A stretch of DNA of 64,000 nucleotides from Alphaproteobacteria bacterium (lineage in GTDB: Bacteria; Pseudomonadota; Alphaproteobacteria; JBFXJJ01). Location of the stretch: NCBI GenBank assembly GCA_050175015.1, contig JBFXJJ010000013.1, forward strand, positions 11,446 through 75,445. The letters are read 5' to 3'. The notes beneath the pieces were generated by a model that had not been told where the DNA came from, ran no database searches, and saw nothing but the letters and a program-made list of their open reading frames with translations. Positions 60,820 to 64,000 of the stretch are shown here, in pieces. Position 1 is the first letter of the stretch, and every line of letters starts with the position of its first letter. The position numbers and the translations under genes were made by a program.

Positions 60820-61494
60820 TTAAATTTTCTGGATTATTTTCATCATTGTTTCTGGAATGGGAGCCTCAACTTTTATAATATCTTTTTTAGGATATAGTAA
60901 AAATTCGATAGCTCTTGAGTGAAGTTGAATATGCTCAACATCAAATCCTGATACTGGTTTGCCATAAAACATATCACCTAATAACGGACAGCCATTTTCG
61001 GCAAGATGTACTCGTATTTGATGGGTTCTTCCTGTTTGCGGATAACATTCAGCATAAGATATTTTACCATTGCTAGCGATAACCTTATATTTGGTTACAG
61101 CTCGTTGACCATCAGGACTAGCAATTATTTTCCACCCTTCTGACTTAGAATTTTTCTTCTTTAATGGCAAATCAATTATGCCTTCGTCTTGAGGCATAAC
61201 TCCAGCAACAAGAGCGATATAAGTTTTATGAACATTACCACTTGAAAAAAGCTGTCCCATTTTCTTTAGTCCCTTATGGTTTCGACCTAAAACTAAACAG
61301 CCGCTAGTGTCTCTATCAAGTCTATGAGCCAGAGCAGGGGGATTTCTTAACCCGAATTGCAGAAAGTGAAAATATTTTTCAAGATTATCTCCGCCATAAG
61401 AACCAGCGTGAACAGGAATTCCTGAGGGCTTATTAATAATTAGGATTAAGCCGTCACGATATAAAATTCTTTCTTGAATTTCATCTTCAGTCAT
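60820..61494 (-). CDS. RluA-family RNA pseudouridine synthase
   Basis: NKPSG, HRLDRDTSG, TGRTHQIRVH, GDMFYG. Confidence 0.93.
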   Translation of the reverse strand: MTEDEIQERILYRDGLILIINKPSGIPVHAGSYGGDNLEKYFHFLQFGLRNPPALAHRLDRDTSGCLVLGRNHKGLKKMGQLFSSGNVHKTYIALVAGVMPQDEGIIDLPLKKKNSKSEGWKIIASPDGQRAVTKYKVIASNGKISYAECYPQTGRTHQIRVHLAENGCPLLGDMFYGKPVSGFDVEHIQLHSRAIEFLLYPKKDIIKVEAPIPETMMKIIQKI

Positions 61495-61558
61495 TATTTT
61501 CTTCTTTTCATAAATTATTTATCGCATCATAATACGTCAAAAAATGATGAGGCAACAA

Positions 61559-62881
61559 ATGAATTTTATAAAAAAGACTAAAATTGGAATTATAAGCTTA
61601 GGCTGTCCTAAAGCTCTAGTTGATTCAGAGCGGATAATGACTAGGCTTTATGGCTTGGGATATGAATTTTCAATGTCTTATGAAGACGCTGATTTGGTTA
61701 TTGTAAACACCTGTGGTTTTCTTGACAGCGCTAAAAAAGAGTCTTTAGCTACAATAGCTGAAGCTATTGCTGAAAATGGCAAAGTTATTGTTACTGGGTG
61801 CCTTGGGATTTATCCAGAGTTGGTTAAAGAGCAAAATCCTAAAGTCTTAGCAATCACAGGGCCTCATCAATATGATGAGGTTGTTAATGCTGTTCTAGAA
61901 CATACAGGAAGGACAAAAAAAGGGCTTTGCTGCGATATTCCAGCCGAAGGTCTGCATTTAACGCCGCCGCATTATGCCTATTTAAAAATATCAGAAGGGT
62001 GCGATAACAACTGTTCTTATTGTGTTATTCCCAAAATTAGAGGCAGTCTTAAAAGCCGCCGTATTGACGATGTTTTTCAAGAGGCTAAAAACCTTGTCGC
62101 TTCTGGAGTTAAGGAACTTATTGTTGTATCTCAAGACACAGGAGCCTACGGACGTGATATTAATTATCAGACCGCAGAGATTGACGGCAAAGAATATAAA
62201 ACTGATGTTTTTGCTTTATGCGAGGTTCTTGGCTCGCTTAATGTCTGGGTTAGATTACATTATATCTACCCCTATCCTTATATCGATAAGATTATTCCAT
62301 ATATGGCATCTGGTAAAATTCTGCCCTATCTCGATATTCCTTTTCAACATGCAAGTCCTAAAGTTTTGAAGCAAATGCGCCGCCCAGGTATTCAAGATAA
62401 AATGCTTGAAAGTATCGCTAAATGGCGCCAAATTTGTCCGGAATTAACAATTCGTTCAACTTTTATTGTGGGATTTCCTGAAGAAACTGAAGAAGATTTT
62501 GAAATGCTGCTCGCTTGGTTAAAAGAAGCGCAGTTAGACAGAGTTGGATGTTTTGCTTTTGAAGCAGTAGATGATGTTGATGCGAGCAAAATGCTCAATC
62601 AAATTCCTGAAAAAGTAAAACAGGCAAGAGTTAAAAAATTTATGAAACTTCAAGAACGCATCAGCAAAGCCAAATTAAAATCTAAACTTGGTACTATTAT
62701 TGATGTCATTGTTGATAGTGTTGATGAAGATGGTGCTGTTGCAAGATCTTTTGGTGATTCTCCAGAAATCGATGGTTATGTTTTTGTTGATGATGGACAG
62801 GAACTAAGCGCTGGCGATATTGTTAAAGTGAAAATAGAAGATTATTCAGAACACGACTTGTTTGGTAATCTTGTTATATAA
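61559..62881 (+). CDS. rimO: Ribosomal protein S12 methylthiotransferase
   Basis: SLGCPKALVDSE, NTCGF, YLKISEGCDNNCSYC, RLHYIYP, TRAM domain with PEIDG; ATG 61559 after GAGG (alternative 61544). Confidence 0.96.
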   Translation: MNFIKKTKIGIISLGCPKALVDSERIMTRLYGLGYEFSMSYEDADLVIVNTCGFLDSAKKESLATIAEAIAENGKVIVTGCLGIYPELVKEQNPKVLAITGPHQYDEVVNAVLEHTGRTKKGLCCDIPAEGLHLTPPHYAYLKISEGCDNNCSYCVIPKIRGSLKSRRIDDVFQEAKNLVASGVKELIVVSQDTGAYGRDINYQTAEIDGKEYKTDVFALCEVLGSLNVWVRLHYIYPYPYIDKIIPYMASGKILPYLDIPFQHASPKVLKQMRRPGIQDKMLESIAKWRQICPELTIRSTFIVGFPEETEEDFEMLLAWLKEAQLDRVGCFAFEAVDDVDASKMLNQIPEKVKQARVKKFMKLQERISKAKLKSKLGTIIDVIVDSVDEDGAVARSFGDSPEIDGYVFVDDGQELSAGDIVKVKIEDYSEHDLFGNLVI

Positions 62882-62982
62882 TGGTTATTATGGCAGTTTA
62901 ACTTGTTGATACTATTGATAAAGAATGGTTTACACAAAGTTTTTTAAAGTTAAAAATAATAACTAAAACAATTTTTTTAATG

Positions 62983-63468
62983 TTATATGTAAAGATCTTT
63001 TACCATTAAAAGGCAAGGGTTAACATCATCCCAAAGCTCAACAATATCCATTAGACTAATAAAACCGCAGTGTTTATAGAATTCTCTAGTTTTCTGATAA
63101 AAAACATCAGGATTTTTGGAAGATAAGGTTTTCACTGTTAAATATCTTTTCTGATGTTCTTTTGCAAATTCTGAGGCCTTATTTATCAAGGCATATCCTA
63201 TTTTTTGCTTATGATATTCTGGTTTTACGCCGATTACTTTTATCTCAATACTTTCTATGTCTGGAGCCTTAAAATCAATTAGGCACATCATACCAACAGC
63301 TTCATTCTTTTCGTTAAAAGCTGCAAAGAAAGGTAAAGGCTTTACTTCTTCTTGGTATTTAATAATAGTTTCTTCAAGATAAAACCAGTCAGGAAGAGAA
63401 TGCATGATACTGGTAACAATTAAGGATTTTTCTTCAGGAATTGAAACTTCTATAATCTTAAATGACAT
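62983..63468 (-). CDS. GNAT-family N-acetyltransferase
   Basis: LPDWF, VKPEYHKQKIG motif A, VKTL, FYKHCGF, NPCL. Confidence 0.88.
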   Translation of the reverse strand: MSFKIIEVSIPEEKSLIVTSIMHSLPDWFYLEETIIKYQEEVKPLPFFAAFNEKNEAVGMMCLIDFKAPDIESIEIKVIGVKPEYHKQKIGYALINKASEFAKEHQKRYLTVKTLSSKNPDVFYQKTREFYKHCGFISLMDIVELWDDVNPCLLMVKDLYI

Positions 63469-63548
63469 AAAAAACCTGCTTTATATAATTATTTTACTTA
63501 AGTATTATAGAAGTATAAAATTTAATACAAAGTAAAAAAAAGGAGAAT

Positions 63549-63809
63549 ATGACGATGGGATGGCTAGATGATGCTCAAAAGAAAATTAAGGAAATAGAAA
63601 ATCAAGACAGGGAAAAAGATGCATCTGAAATTATGGTTATAAATAATGAAAGAGACAGAGAAAGCCTTAAAAAAGAACTTAGAAATCTCTATGAAAATGC
63701 AACAATTAACGAAATTGAGAGAGCAATAGATTATGGTTTAGAAAAGTTAGGCAATAGCTGTAATAAAAAAGAATTTTTAAAGACAGTTAGGATAAAACTT
63801 GAAGATTAA
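63549..63809 (+). CDS. Small charged hypothetical protein
   Basis: AAGGAG RBS, 86-aa ORF, no recognised motif. Confidence 0.65.
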   Translation: MTMGWLDDAQKKIKEIENQDREKDASEIMVINNERDRESLKKELRNLYENATINEIERAIDYGLEKLGNSCNKKEFLKTVRIKLED

Positions 63810-63910
63810 AATATTCTCTTTAGTGGAAATAGTTTGAATTATGAATTTTGATAATATAGCCAATAAAATCATACCAAGATAATAAGCTTAAATATTTTAT
63901 CGAGCAAAAT

Positions 63911-63950
63911 AAAAGCCCCAAAATATCTTAAATTATCAAGGGGCTTTTTT
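63911..63950. terminator. Probable bidirectional terminator
   Basis: aaaagcccc … ggggctttt, long loop. Confidence 0.55.
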
Positions 63951-63972
63951 CGTTTTCTTATAAAGCTATAAA

Positions 63973-64000
63973 TTACCGAGCAGGAGCTTCTCCATCGCTG
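63973..64000 (-). CDS. Possible 3' end of a CDS entering from the right (…SDGEAPAR*)
   Basis: Local GC rise; open frame ending in TAA at 63975-63973 just before the hairpin. Confidence 0.35.

Noticed and set aside
60805-60822. Read-through fusion of the rluA-family gene into the in-frame traX-like gene
   Set aside because: The stop is TAA, an AGGAG RBS precedes the TTG start, and in-frame adjacency occurs one time in three by chance
708-62598. Numerous 60-180 aa ORFs antisense to or overlapping the called genes (e.g. 34489-34932, 44174-44602, 52174-52716)
   Set aside because: Shadow ORFs of well-supported genes, with no recognisable motifs

Overview
AT-rich, gene-dense chromosomal window, most consistent with a motile, probably anaerobic or host-associated Alphaproteobacterium. 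The assignment rests on the ABC-F/ndk/DUF2066/AI-2E/hda/rnd/aspS synteny, psd-pssA, gcvT-H-PA-PB, rimO and alphaproteobacterial-type MCPs and flagellins. I saw no rRNA, tRNA, CRISPR array, integrase or transposase. Highlights: (1) a lysine-fermentation cluster kdd-kce-kamA-kamB-kamC-kamD-kamE that lacks kal but has a nearby Kat-like 3-aminobutyryl-CoA aminotransferase; (2) two large Thr/Ser-rich flagellins next to a 1554-aa protein made of three tandem TPR + GT-B (FlmG/FlbA-like) modules, only the last looking intact; (3) a predicted lipoprotein with five 52-aa, 8-Cys repeats, three carrying CxxCH; (4) a methyltransferase gene bracketed by a 52-bp direct repeat that includes a terminator hairpin; (5) two tandem pentapeptide-repeat paralogs with basic C-terminal tails; (6) purMN and ppk/ppx missing from their usual positions. 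All family calls come from motif recognition by eye; no database searches were run.
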